The notes: generated by a model from the letters alone, not told the origin. A stretch of 64,000 nucleotides of DNA from an uncultured bacterium (GCA_964428355.1 CAYRYU010000010.1:39334-103333); one strand, 5' to 3'. Shown: positions 35,278-44,514, numbered from the stretch's first letter. Numbers and translations are program-made.

Positions 35278-36468
35278 TCAGTATGAGGGGGGGGCGATAG
35301 ACTCTCCTGCGGAAGCCGCAGCAGAGGGGGCCGTGAGAAGGACCAAGTCTCCCGGTTGCAGCCCTGACAGGATCTCCACCCTGTCGTCCAGGACCCTGCC
35401 GGTCTTCACCAGACGGTATACCGGCTTTCCGTCGACCTGGATGAATACGCCGTCCAGTTGTCCACGCGGCTCGATCGCGCTGCGTGGGACCATCAGGAGC
35501 GGCTCTTCACCCCGGACCACGATTCCACGGGCGAACATCCCTGATCGCAGGCGCGGATCGGCCGGCAGGGCTATTTTGACCAGGAAGGTGTGGGAAAGGG
35601 GGTCCGCTCCAGGAACAATCTCGGTGACCGTTCCGGTGAAAACCGCATCCGCAACCGCGTCGACACGGACGGTGACTGAGGCCCCTTCCGTAATGAAGGA
35701 AAGCAGACGTTCGGGAACGATTGCTTCGAACCGGATCATCCCGATGTCCTCGATGACGATCAGAGGAACACCTGGGGCAGCCAACATTCCTGGCTCGATA
35801 CGGCGCGCGGTCACCCGACCCGCAAAGGGGGCCTTCACCTCCGCAAGTTCCTTGATGGTGGAAACCTTGTTTATTCCCGCCCTGGCTTGTTCCGTCTTGG
35901 CTGCAACCTGCGAACGCTTCGCCTGCAACGACAGGATCTGGGATTCGGCCTGCGACACCCGGCTGCGCGCCTGGGTCTGGGCCGCCATCGCCTGGTCGAA
36001 TTCCTGCTGGGAAACCGATTTCTTCTGAAACAGGTTCTCGATGCGCTTGAAGGTGCTCTCAGCCAGGGTTGCCTGCGCCTTGGCTTCATCGAGGGCGGAA
36101 CGGGCGGTGGAAAGGTGGCCCTCGATTTCCGCTCCGGCCGCTCCAGCTTCGCTTAGAGCCGCCCTGGCTCCGGCAAGGTCGCTTCCTATGTCCTTGGCAT
36201 CGATCCGGACAAGGATTTCCCCTGCCTTGACGAAATCCCCCTCGCGCTTGAGCACTTCGAGAACGTTGCCCATGACCTTGCTGGATAGCGTTGTCGTGAT
36301 ATGCGGTTGAAGATTCCCCACTACCTCTTCGGTCAGCGGAACGGGTTGCAAAGAGGTCAGCCACGTTTCATCCTGGCCGGCGAGTGAGGGGAAGACTGCG
36401 GTGATGAGAAAGGCCGCTAGCAGTAAAATTCTCCGAGGGGTTCTTCCAGATACTGATCGATGGGGCAT
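35278..36468 (-). CDS. Efflux RND transporter periplasmic adaptor subunit (MFP/HlyD family)
   Basis: Start moved to MPHRSV (36468), which has AGGAGG 6 nt upstream. Signal/anchor segment, a long coiled-coil hairpin (QAMAAQTQARSRVSQAESQILSLQAKRSQVAAKTEQARAG), then a beta-barrel/lipoyl region. Lies directly upstream of the RND permease. Confidence 0.8.
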   Translation of the reverse strand: MPHRSVSGRTPRRILLLAAFLITAVFPSLAGQDETWLTSLQPVPLTEEVVGNLQPHITTTLSSKVMGNVLEVLKREGDFVKAGEILVRIDAKDIGSDLAGARAALSEAGAAGAEIEGHLSTARSALDEAKAQATLAESTFKRIENLFQKKSVSQQEFDQAMAAQTQARSRVSQAESQILSLQAKRSQVAAKTEQARAGINKVSTIKELAEVKAPFAGRVTARRIEPGMLAAPGVPLIVIEDIGMIRFEAIVPERLLSFITEGASVTVRVDAVADAVFTGTVTEIVPGADPLSHTFLVKIALPADPRLRSGMFARGIVVRGEEPLLMVPRSAIEPRGQLDGVFIQVDGKPVYRLVKTGRVLDDRVEILSGLQPGDLVLLTAPSAAASAGESIAPPSY

Positions 36469-36591
36469 GGGTTCCTCCTGAAAGATGGGAAATTGACATC
36501 CCAATGTACTATTTTATGGACAAAGGGACAAAGGGGAAAATCCCTCTTCCGGATCGCAGCCAAGGACCCCAGATACCCCAGGCGTCTTGCG

Positions 36592-37032
36592 CTAATCAGC
36601 CTGTGTTATCCCGACCTCCTTGCGGATTCGCGCAAGCAGATCTCGGGAGAGGCTGAAGGTGGTTTCGGGGCACCCCTTCATCGCGATCTTCACCATTGGA
36701 AGAAACAGGTTGAAACCGTCATCTGGGGAGATTTCCATTTCCTCCCAGGGAAGGAAGATCGGATCGTGGCCAGCGCTGAACAGGGAGGGCATCGCAAGCG
36801 TAAGACCGGTTTCATCCGCTCCGATCGTCAGAACGTTATTGTATCTGGTCCAGCCCCCCATCCTCATGCTGCGGAATCTCCATGTTTTCGGGGGAGGAAA
36901 AGGTTTTCCGGGGTATTTCGATGCCAATGTGCTCCACCCCCCGATCCAGGCGACGAAGCGGAGGATCACGCTCAGGGCAAGGAAAACGGTTATCAGGGCA
37001 AAAAGAAGATAAAGAATTGCGTGGGAATCCAT
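36592..37032 (-). CDS. Small membrane protein (hypothetical)
   Basis: 146 aa with N-terminal TM helix MDSHAILYLLFALITVFLALSVILRFVAW. No motif I recognise. Confidence 0.4.
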   Translation of the reverse strand: MDSHAILYLLFALITVFLALSVILRFVAWIGGWSTLASKYPGKPFPPPKTWRFRSMRMGGWTRYNNVLTIGADETGLTLAMPSLFSAGHDPIFLPWEEMEISPDDGFNLFLPMVKIAMKGCPETTFSLSRDLLARIRKEVGITQAD

Positions 37033-37166
37033 CTTCCAACTCCTTTGCGAACAATCCTCCTGAAGGGTTCTGCGATCCCATCGGGACCGTGGATTTCCCT
37101 AAAAGGGAAAAGGGAGGCTCGCAAGTCCCCAGGATCTTGGGAGCCCCCCGAAACACGACGGCCGGA

Positions 37167-37841
37167 TCAGAATTCCTGATCGAATGAATCGGCCGCTTTT
37201 CCCCGTGGCGCGTTCGAAGGTAGGATCGGAACCGAGGGCTGATTGCCATAACCACCGGGTTGTGGCTGGTACGCAGGGACGAGGGAGTTCATATGGTTAA
37301 CCAACTGATCCCTGATCTGGGCTCCCCGAAGTTGGCTGTCCACGCCCAAACCAGCTCCCCGGGCACGATAGAGCATCTGCATCATCTTCTCGTCAGCCCC
37401 CGGAGGAAGCTGCGTCGAGATATAGGCTTCTTGCCCAAGAGGGGTCAGATACACCTGATCGGGGGAACCGGGTAGGAAAGCTCCCGGGGTCATCGGGACC
37501 GGACTTATCGCCCCAGGGGGATTCACCAGGGTCGACGGGACGTCGGTCATCTGGCGCCGATGCGCCGCCATCGCCAGATCCCAGGTGTAAACGTCAGGCT
37601 CGAGGACCACGGGAAGGTTGGTCCGGGGAATCCCATGGACGAACTTCCTTTTCTCGAATTGGAACGCGTCCGTTTCGTTCCTTTTGTAGAGGGACTCCTT
37701 GATCATGTGTTCCGAGTAATGGAGCGTTTCCAGGGTCCGGCGGGTTGGACCATCGGTTACGGCCCTGGCCGGAACGATCGCCCAGATGAAAGTGAAGAAC
37801 ATCAGCAGTGCCAGGCAACCAACAACGATTCGTGATCTCAT
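37167..37841 (-). CDS. Secreted hypothetical protein with Pro/Gln-rich C-terminus
   Basis: Start moved to MRSRIVVGCLALLMFFTFIWAIVPARA (37841), which has GGAGGG 5 nt upstream; this gives a signal peptide. No known domain recognised. Confidence 0.45.
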   Translation of the reverse strand: MRSRIVVGCLALLMFFTFIWAIVPARAVTDGPTRRTLETLHYSEHMIKESLYKRNETDAFQFEKRKFVHGIPRTNLPVVLEPDVYTWDLAMAAHRRQMTDVPSTLVNPPGAISPVPMTPGAFLPGSPDQVYLTPLGQEAYISTQLPPGADEKMMQMLYRARGAGLGVDSQLRGAQIRDQLVNHMNSLVPAYQPQPGGYGNQPSVPILPSNAPRGKAADSFDQEF

Positions 37842-37974
37842 TGCACCCTCCAAATCAGCCTTGAACAAGTGGCGATTTGGCAAGGAAATGTGTCGCCGTT
37901 TTCCTGGTTTGTCAAGGGAAAATCGAAAAACCGGAAAGTCGAGTTTCCACAAGGCCCGCTGAGCTTCCCTTCCA

Positions 37975-38008
37975 AAATGAAAAACCGGGTCGCCATATGG
38001 CGGCCCGG
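37975..38008 (-). terminator. Rho-independent terminator of the hsp20 operon (minus strand)
   Basis: Hairpin ccgggtcgcca-ta-tggcggcccgg (37985-38008; 11-bp stem with 1 mismatch). On the minus strand it is followed by TTTTTCATTTT (the plus-strand A-run 37975-37984). Sits about 28 nt downstream of the hsp20 stop at 38036. Confidence 0.5.
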
Positions 38009-38035
38009 ATGAGGAGGGGAGGGAGAGTGACAGGT

Positions 38036-38434
38036 TCAGGAGACGGAAACTTCGATCTGTCGGGGTTTCATGGCTTCAGAGCGGGGAAGGGACAGGGTCA
38101 GGACCCCGTTCTTCAGGTCGGCCGTGATCTTCTCCCGGTCGACGGTGTCGGTGATCTCGAACTGCCGGAAGAAACTCACGGGTTCGAACTCCTTCACCTG
38201 ATAGCCCTTTTGAGGGGTGCTTTCAACCTTTCCTTCGATCGTGAGAAGATCATCTTCGACCGTGATCTTGAGCCCGGACTTCTCGACTCCGGGGAGATCG
38301 GCAACCAGAGACAGTCCATCGGCGGTCTCAAAAATATCGACGTCCGGGGAAGCGAACCGCTCACGGGTTCGCGTCACTTCCCGCTGAACCGCGGGGGCCT
38401 CGGTCTTGATCGTGGGAACGTTGTTCTCTGACAT
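38036..38434 (-). CDS. Hsp20/alpha-crystallin family small heat-shock protein
   Basis: The ACD core is ...DIFETADGLSLVADLPGVEKSGLKITVEDDLLTIEGK..., with C-terminal KNGVLTLSLPR. The ORF track gives 38036..38440; MSENN at 38434 has better SD spacing. Confidence 0.85.
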   Translation of the reverse strand: MSENNVPTIKTEAPAVQREVTRTRERFASPDVDIFETADGLSLVADLPGVEKSGLKITVEDDLLTIEGKVESTPQKGYQVKEFEPVSFFRQFEITDTVDREKITADLKNGVLTLSLPRSEAMKPRQIEVSVS

Positions 38435-38527
38435 GTTCATACCTCCTGTCGTTCAGGGTTGAAGATTGGGGGGCGCAATAGTCGCCGCTTGTCCGGACGG
38501 CGGATTTGCCCTTGCCAGTCCGCTTGC

Positions 38528-38974
38528 TCAGTTGACCTTCACCTGGATCTGGTGGGGTTTTGACTCCTCGGCTTTCGCGAGTTTGATGGTCAGGATCCCG
38601 TTCTTGTATTCGGCCGAAACCTTCTCAGGGTTGATTTCCAACGGGAGTTCGAAGGTCCGGGAGAATTTTCCTTCCCCCCTTTCGCACCTATGGAAGCTTT
38701 CAGCCGGGATTCCGGATGGGGACTTTTCTCCACTGATGGAAAGCTGGTTTTTCAGCGCGTTGACTTTTAGACTGGAAGACTCGATCCCCGGGACAACCGC
38801 TTCGATGAAGAGGTTCTCCTCATCGGCCCACGTGTTCACCAGTGGATAGATCCTGGAGGAGAGCCCGGGAAGGAAAGCCAGGGGGGCTCGTTTCCCGAAC
38901 CCGAACTCCCTCGAAACCTGGGAGAGCTGGTTCTGAAGGTTTTCCATCTCTTTCAGGAAGTTCCAGACGTTCAT
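38528..38974 (-). CDS. Hsp20/alpha-crystallin family small heat-shock protein (second, tandem)
   Basis: IYPLVNTWADEENLFIEAVVPGIESSSLKVNALKNQLSISGEK ... KNGILTIKLAK. AGGAGG 6 nt upstream of the ATG at 38974. Confidence 0.8.
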   Translation of the reverse strand: MNVWNFLKEMENLQNQLSQVSREFGFGKRAPLAFLPGLSSRIYPLVNTWADEENLFIEAVVPGIESSSLKVNALKNQLSISGEKSPSGIPAESFHRCERGEGKFSRTFELPLEINPEKVSAEYKNGILTIKLAKAEESKPHQIQVKVN

Positions 38975-39018
38975 ATTTTTCCTCCTTGTGGCTTGGAAAT
39001 TTGGTTCATCGATAGAAA

Positions 39019-39035
39019 AGCAACATCCGTGCCAA
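39019..39035 (-). promoter_or_regulatory. Sigma-54 (RpoN) -24/-12 promoter upstream of the tandem hsp20 genes
   Basis: Minus-strand read of 39035-39019 is TTGGCACGGATGTTGCT, i.e. TGGCAC-N5-TTGC, a perfect match to the sigma-54 consensus. It lies about 50 nt upstream of the hsp20 ATG at 38974. Confidence 0.6.
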
Positions 39036-39073
39036 TTCGCAAAAGCGGCTTGGAATCAAAGCTTTTGGGGAAA

Positions 39074-39117
39074 ACGTTGCATCGGGACGAAAACTGCTAC
39101 GTTGCCGCAACGTTGCA
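39074..39117. promoter_or_regulatory. Three ACGTTGC half-sites including a perfect 15-bp palindrome ACGTTGCCGCAACGT; candidate enhancer-binding-protein UAS
   Basis: Read directly from sequence: acgttgc at 39074-39080. The palindrome acgttgccgcaacgt lies at 39099-39113, and a third overlapping half-site acgttgca at 39110-39117. These sit about 40-80 bp upstream of the -24 element, where bacterial enhancer-binding proteins bind. Confidence 0.35.
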
Positions 39118-39165
39118 ATCACCGCGAAAACGACGGTCGCTCGGGCCTCATCTTTTCGCGAGGGA

Positions 39166-40059
39166 TCACTCGAGGAACAGTTCCGGGGTGATGACCGAAT
39201 TTCCCTGGTACGGATGGGGCGCCTGGAATGAGTGGATCATCCTGAAACGGCACCGGGAGGGGACTCCCACATCACGCATGATCAGCATTCCCGGGTCATA
39301 CCATCGGCCGGTCTCCCGAAACTGCCGGAATCGCCAGGCAACGATATCGGTCACGTCGATCGTGACCTCGGCGGATCCGGATGCGGGAAGAGTCGCCGTA
39401 GAATGGGGTTCATACGAGAAATCCCCCCCGGTCGTTTCCCATGGCATCTCTCTCGTTGCCATGAACCAGGTGCATCCCCGATCGTATGACTGATGGCGTC
39501 CCCACTTTCCGTTCCCTTCCTCGAACCGTCGGGCCAGAGGGTATACGACGATAGGAACCGGTTCCCCGCAATCCGGTCCTGGGGCGAGGCGCAGGACGAG
39601 TGTCGCCCTTTCGGGGATGAACTCCGTGATCGGGATTCCGGAATCGCGGAAGGCTTTGGGAATATCGAAGCAGATCAGGTAACGAAGGCCGTTCGAGGAA
39701 TAATAGGAACCGACCGGGCCGGAAGGGTCGGCTCCGGAATTCTGCTCCGCGGCCTGGGAAGGATGTCTGTCGTTGGGGCTCCGGATGAAGGCGTCGATGC
39801 CCTCCCTGACAACCACCTGACCTTGATGGGATCGCTCCGGAATTGTCGGCCAGGAAATTCCGCGGAGACAGTTCCAGCAGGTCCTGTCCATTTCGCTTAC
39901 GGGCGCGGAACAGAAAGAACAAGAGGCTCCCCAGGCAGTCGCGATTCCCAGGTAAAGGAGGAGAACGACGACGATGGGAGCAGCGGAAATCCAGGTTCCG
40001 GGTCGTGAGAACCCGCTCTCCGGCTGAGAAAGGGTTTTCGGGAATCCCGGGGTGTTCAA
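39166..40059 (-). CDS. Membrane-anchored protein with DNRLRE-like beta-sandwich domain
   Basis: TTG start; the stop of the upstream HEAT gene overlaps it (TTGA). N-terminal TM helix PIVVVLLLYLGIATAWG. ATLVLRLAPGPDCGEPVPIVVYPL...GNGKW and SAEVTIDVTDIVAWRF resemble the conserved strands of DNRLRE-type carbohydrate-associated domains. Confidence 0.4.
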   Translation of the reverse strand: MNTPGFPKTLSQPESGFSRPGTWISAAPIVVVLLLYLGIATAWGASCSFCSAPVSEMDRTCWNCLRGISWPTIPERSHQGQVVVREGIDAFIRSPNDRHPSQAAEQNSGADPSGPVGSYYSSNGLRYLICFDIPKAFRDSGIPITEFIPERATLVLRLAPGPDCGEPVPIVVYPLARRFEEGNGKWGRHQSYDRGCTWFMATREMPWETTGGDFSYEPHSTATLPASGSAEVTIDVTDIVAWRFRQFRETGRWYDPGMLIMRDVGVPSRCRFRMIHSFQAPHPYQGNSVITPELFLE

Positions 40060-42929
40060 GGGTTTTGCCGGGACTCGGTCTGGATCTTCTCCAGCATCTT
40101 CTCGGCATACATGCCTTGCTGGCTCTTCGGGTCCACGAGGGAGAGGATTCCGGAAAACACCTCCGATGCCTCCCTGTAGGCCCGTCGCCGGAAAAAGACC
40201 ATCCCCAGATTGAGTTTGAGCGTGATGTCGCGGGGTTCAACCGAAGTGGCCATCATGTAAGCCTTGGTTGCGTCTATCAGTTTTCCGGTCTTGTAGTAGA
40301 TGTTACCCAGCGCCGAGTAGACATAGGGCGCTTTGGAATTGATCTTCAGTGCCGCCTTGAGTTCCCTTTCCGCTTCCGCCATCGCGCCGAGCCGCATTTG
40401 CCGCATCCCCTCGTCGAAGTGCTTCTTGAACTCCTCCTGGCGCCTTCTGGCGGTCGTCAGGGTGTCCTCCATCTTGCGGAAATCCTCCGGGGTCATTATC
40501 TGCCGGAGGCTCATCAACGCTTCCCGGCTGATGAAAGGATCGGGGTCGCGCAATATTTCGAGAAGCGGAGCCTTGGCTTCCCCGGCCTTGAGGGCGCCCA
40601 GGGCCTTGACCGCGGCGCGGCGCTCATCCCAGGGGTGTTTCGCTTTCGTCAGCTCGATCAGGACTGGAATGATGGCAGGGTTTTTCAAGGCGGCGAAAGA
40701 CTCGATGAAAGCCGCCCGCGATTCGGGGTCGGATTCACGGTCGAACCGCTCCTTGAGGACCTTGTAGCTGTCGATGTGGCCGATTTCCCCCAGGGCGCGA
40801 ATGACCGGGATCTTGAGATCGAGAGTTTCCTCGTCGAGGATCCGGAGGAGGTCGGGGACGGCACGCCTGACGCGCATCTTTCCCAAAATTCCAATCACGA
40901 AATGCTTGAGGGTCCAGGATTCCCGGCCGAGGGCCATGATCAGGCCCGGAACCGCCTTGTCGTCCCCGATCGTCCCGAGGGCTTTGGCGGCGGCAATCGC
41001 CAGGTCTTCGTCGTCGTCGTCCAGGGATTCGAGCAGCATATCAACTGCGGCGGGGGAACCCAGGATTCCGAGCGCTTCAGCTGCCGCGATCCTGGCGGGC
41101 CAGTGTTCGTCCTTGAGATGTGGGATCAGGACCTCCACGTCCTCCGGGCCCCCTACCTGGGAGACCGCGAGGATCGCCTGCCGCCTGATCTCGTTGGATT
41201 TGCTTTCCAGGAGCGGTCTGATTGCCTTGATCGCGAGGGGCTTGAACCCCTCCAGGGTCCGCCGGATCCAGAAACTGTAGTGTTCATCATGCTTCCCAAG
41301 CGCCTGGCACAGGCGGGGAACCACGAGTTCGCCGGGCATGTTCCGGAAGGTGCTGACCACGCTTTCCAGAAGCCGCCGCTTGTCGGTCTTGAAAAGGGCG
41401 AACAGGTCGTCGAGGATGGCGGGGCCATAGTTGGCAAGAGCTTTCTGCGCGGCATTCCGGATCGCTTCGGAGGGATCCTCGAGCGCGCGGAAAAGGAGGG
41501 GCAGAGAAATGTTCGAGCCGATCCTTCCCAGGGCCTGGAGGACCCAGTAGCGAACCTCGTAATCGGCTTCGGTCGCGAGGTTGGTCAGCTCGATGAGCGC
41601 ATTCTCGCCGAAGGTTCCCAGGATCTCGGCCGTGGTCTTCCGGATGTTCCATGAGCGGTCCTTCAGGAGTTTGACGAGCTGTTGGAATATCCCGGCAGGG
41701 CGAATGTCACCAATTGCCCGGAGTGCCCAGTAACGGACATCCTCCTCCCCCGAGTTGAGGGCCTGGAGAAGCGGCTGAACCGCCTGGGGCCCGAACCTCA
41801 TTACCGCCCGGCATGCTTCCCGCCTGACGACCCAGGATGGGTCGATGAATCGCTCGATCAGGAGTGGAATCGAATCGGGGTTCTGGAAGCTGCCCAGGGA
41901 CTGGACCGCGGCCATCCGGATCTCGGAATCGGGATCGGACATGAACTTCCTGATCTCTCCATGTGCGCTTTCCTCGTGCATCTGCCCGAGGATCTTGATC
42001 GCCCAGAACCGTCGTTCCTTGTCCTGGCCTTCGAGGGCCGTGGTAAGGGGATGGATCGCTTCCGCACCCATTTCCGAGAGTGCCCGCGCCGCCAACGCCC
42101 GGCCCATCCAGTATTCGCTGGAAAGGGATTCCATCAGGAAGGGGATCGAATGGTTGCCGAAATCCTTCAGGATGTCGTAGATCAGGTCACGAACCTGCTC
42201 CGATGGCTGGGAAAGCGCTTCGAACAGCTGGCCGACGACGTTGGGATCGCCGATTTCCCTGATTGCCCGCAAAGCGGCGATACGGACCCCGGTTTCGGGA
42301 TCTGAGAGCTTGCCCACGAGATCCTTGGTGTAGGCTTTGTCACGGAGATGGCCCAGGCAAAGGATCGCCCAGAACCGGGTGTTGTTGTCAGGGTCGTCGA
42401 TTGCGGCCCGCAGGGCTTCCGCCGCCACCTTCCCCATCCGGTTGACGGCCATGGCCGATCGGGAGCGGATCTTCCAGGATTTGTCGCCGAACTGGCGGAT
42501 GAGAAGTGCAAGGCTCAGCTTGGGAGCTTTCGCGAGCGATTTCGCGGCCATAACCGCGACTCCGTCCTTGGGATCCCTCATGAGGTCGAAAAGACAACGG
42601 ACGGCTTCCTCGTTTTCGAGGCCCGAAAGCGCATAGGCGACACGGAGCCGGACGTCGGCCGATCTGTCACGGGAAAGAGGGATCAACATTTCGGAAAGAT
42701 TCGTCGGCCGGATCACGGAAATCGCTTCGATGGTGGCGCACCGGACCTCTTTCGACCGGTCGTTCAGCACTTCCTTCAAGGGATCCACCGCGAGCGGGGT
42801 CTTCAGCTTTCCGAGCGACTTGACCGCTTTGAGCCTCTTGGTGATCAGGGTGGATTTCAGATCGGTGACCAGATCCTCGAGCTCGCGCTGCACCTGGCAT
42901 TCCCCCTTTATTCTGAATGATTCAGCCAT
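40056..42929 (-). CDS. HEAT (PBS-lyase-type) repeat protein with C-terminal TPR repeats
   Basis: Start at MAESFRIK (42929). More than 20 repeats of the DxxVRxxAxxALGxIG pattern (e.g. DPDNNTRFWAILCLGHL, DPETGVRIAALRAIREIGDP, DSEIRMAAVQSLGSF). C-terminal TPR-like KAALKINSKAPYVYSALGNIYYKTGKLIDATKAYMMA. Confidence 0.7.
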   Translation of the reverse strand: MAESFRIKGECQVQRELEDLVTDLKSTLITKRLKAVKSLGKLKTPLAVDPLKEVLNDRSKEVRCATIEAISVIRPTNLSEMLIPLSRDRSADVRLRVAYALSGLENEEAVRCLFDLMRDPKDGVAVMAAKSLAKAPKLSLALLIRQFGDKSWKIRSRSAMAVNRMGKVAAEALRAAIDDPDNNTRFWAILCLGHLRDKAYTKDLVGKLSDPETGVRIAALRAIREIGDPNVVGQLFEALSQPSEQVRDLIYDILKDFGNHSIPFLMESLSSEYWMGRALAARALSEMGAEAIHPLTTALEGQDKERRFWAIKILGQMHEESAHGEIRKFMSDPDSEIRMAAVQSLGSFQNPDSIPLLIERFIDPSWVVRREACRAVMRFGPQAVQPLLQALNSGEEDVRYWALRAIGDIRPAGIFQQLVKLLKDRSWNIRKTTAEILGTFGENALIELTNLATEADYEVRYWVLQALGRIGSNISLPLLFRALEDPSEAIRNAAQKALANYGPAILDDLFALFKTDKRRLLESVVSTFRNMPGELVVPRLCQALGKHDEHYSFWIRRTLEGFKPLAIKAIRPLLESKSNEIRRQAILAVSQVGGPEDVEVLIPHLKDEHWPARIAAAEALGILGSPAAVDMLLESLDDDDEDLAIAAAKALGTIGDDKAVPGLIMALGRESWTLKHFVIGILGKMRVRRAVPDLLRILDEETLDLKIPVIRALGEIGHIDSYKVLKERFDRESDPESRAAFIESFAALKNPAIIPVLIELTKAKHPWDERRAAVKALGALKAGEAKAPLLEILRDPDPFISREALMSLRQIMTPEDFRKMEDTLTTARRRQEEFKKHFDEGMRQMRLGAMAEAERELKAALKINSKAPYVYSALGNIYYKTGKLIDATKAYMMATSVEPRDITLKLNLGMVFFRRRAYREASEVFSGILSLVDPKSQQGMYAEKMLEKIQTESRQNP

Positions 42930-43078
42930 CTCGATCGCACCTCTTGTCGAAGTGAAAGTATAGCACATATCCCGAGAGGGGGCACCGCCTTTCCGGTGGG
43001 ACCTCCCGGGTTCCGCAATGCTTGACCGTTTTCTTCCCGACAGCTAGAATCACCCCATCGATTAACGGGAGGTTTGTC

Positions 43079-43915
43079 ATGAAACTCATCCGCGCCGTCG
43101 TCCTCGCCCTTTGCCTGATGGCCCCCGCCCTTTCCCTTGCACTTCCACCCGAACCGGTCGTGGTTCCAGGCAATCCGCCTATCACCTCCGAATCGGTGAA
43201 TGCCCACATCCGCCTGATCGAGTTCGTGCTGGGGGTTCGCCTGACAACGGTCCAGAAGGATACCTTCCTTGGAATTCTCAAGGAGGATTGCGCGGAGATG
43301 GACGAGAACGAGCGGAAGAATTTCCTGGGAGCCCAGGACCTGCTGTCGAAGCTTGGAACGCTCGACCCCGACAAACTCAGAACCATAAGGGACGAGATGA
43401 TCGCGGATTACGAGGAAGGTGCGAAAGACGGTGATGATGCCGCCGCCCAGCTCTTCCTCTCCATCAAGAACGACGGGACGAAGGTGCTTGCACAGGCTGG
43501 ATCCTTCACAATGACGCTCCAGGCCATCGAGGCCTTTGACGAGTATCTTGCCTTCTCCCGCGATCCTGGAATACCGGCCGTTCTCGATGACAAGGCAAGG
43601 GAACAGGTCCGGCAGGGGATCACGGAAGGCTTCTCCGGTTTCGCCACGGAAACCTCGGAGGCTCTCTCCGGATTCGACCAGAGATGGCACCTGATCAAGG
43701 CTGCCTGGGCAAAAGCCGCTCCCGAGAAGAAGCAGGAATGGACCAAGGCTTTCGTGCAGCCATGGGGAACCGCCTCCTCCGCCCCCGTCTTCGATGCAAA
43801 GGGAATTCCCGCTTTCGTCAATCTCCCGCTCTGGACAGAGATCTCCAGCTTCTCCATGGATCTGGAGGAGTCCTTTGACGGATGGACCGCGACCCCGAGC
43901 GGTCTTGTCTGGTAG
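43079..43915 (+). CDS. Secreted hypothetical protein
   Basis: Start MKLIRAVVLALCLMAPALSLA (43079) with GGGAGG 7 nt upstream and a clear signal peptide. Otherwise helical, Asp/Glu/Lys-rich, no known motif. Confidence 0.5.
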   Translation: MKLIRAVVLALCLMAPALSLALPPEPVVVPGNPPITSESVNAHIRLIEFVLGVRLTTVQKDTFLGILKEDCAEMDENERKNFLGAQDLLSKLGTLDPDKLRTIRDEMIADYEEGAKDGDDAAAQLFLSIKNDGTKVLAQAGSFTMTLQAIEAFDEYLAFSRDPGIPAVLDDKAREQVRQGITEGFSGFATETSEALSGFDQRWHLIKAAWAKAAPEKKQEWTKAFVQPWGTASSAPVFDAKGIPAFVNLPLWTEISSFSMDLEESFDGWTATPSGLVW

Positions 43916-43925
43916 GAGGAAGGCC

Positions 43926-44510
43926 ATGGGCAGATTGTACGAACACAAGACCTACATCCTTCGCGAGATCTTCAATCCCCTTGCGATGGAGGAATCCTAC
44001 GAGATCCTCGAAGGAAACGGGACCGGGGTCCTGGGAACCGCCAACGAGACCGCGTGCCTGGGCGCGAAGATCGAGAAGTTCTTCCTCGACCGCGCGCTCA
44101 TTTCCCTGAGGGTCGCGGCCGCCTCCCTCGATGGAAAGGAAGGGTTCGAACTGACTCATTCAGGGCGGTCTTTGCGATATGACCTGACCGCGCGTGACAA
44201 GGACGGGAAACCTTTCGCCAGATTCCGGCAGGTCCTTTGCTCCCTTTTTCCAGAGTTCGAGGTTTTCGGTCCCGGTGACAACCGGATCGGCCGGATCATC
44301 GGGACATTCAACAAGCGGCATTTCGACTTTTCGGATGAATCGGGGAAGGTCATTGCCGTGATCGAGCATATCCACGGCGGTTTCCTCAAGGAGACCTTCA
44401 GTACCGCTGACGAGTTCAAGATCGAGATCACCTCCCCGGAGCCCGAGAAGGTTGCTCCGATGGCATTGGCAGCGGCTCTCAGCATCGACCTCGTCTTCCA
44501 CGAAACCTGA
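43926..44510 (+). CDS. LURP-one-related / tubby-C-terminal-like (DUF567) family protein
   Basis: ATG 43926 with AGGAGG 7 nt upstream. The C-terminal half (GKVIAVIEHIHGGFLKETFSTADEFKIEITSPEPEKVAPMALAAALSIDLVFHE) matches the LOR/DUF567 conserved end (...DxYxIxVxPxxDxxLxxALxxxIDxxxHE). Confidence 0.45.
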   Translation: MGRLYEHKTYILREIFNPLAMEESYEILEGNGTGVLGTANETACLGAKIEKFFLDRALISLRVAAASLDGKEGFELTHSGRSLRYDLTARDKDGKPFARFRQVLCSLFPEFEVFGPGDNRIGRIIGTFNKRHFDFSDESGKVIAVIEHIHGGFLKETFSTADEFKIEITSPEPEKVAPMALAAALSIDLVFHET

Positions 44511-44514
44511 GAGG

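Noticed and set aside
34438-36028. Plus-strand ORFs (34438..35286, 35009..36028) antisense to the RND permease/adaptor
   Set aside because: Antisense to canonical AcrB/MFP genes. Gly/Arg/Pro-rich; spurious.
38993-39493. 166-aa plus-strand ORF spanning the hsp20 promoter region
   Set aside because: Covers the sigma-54 promoter/UAS and the 3' end of the downstream gene. No RBS; low-complexity translation.
39843-41654. 603-aa plus-strand ORF and 39410..40240 minus ORF overlapping the HEAT-repeat gene region
   Set aside because: The HEAT gene frame shows over 20 regular repeats. These alternates are Arg/Gly/Pro-rich with no structure.
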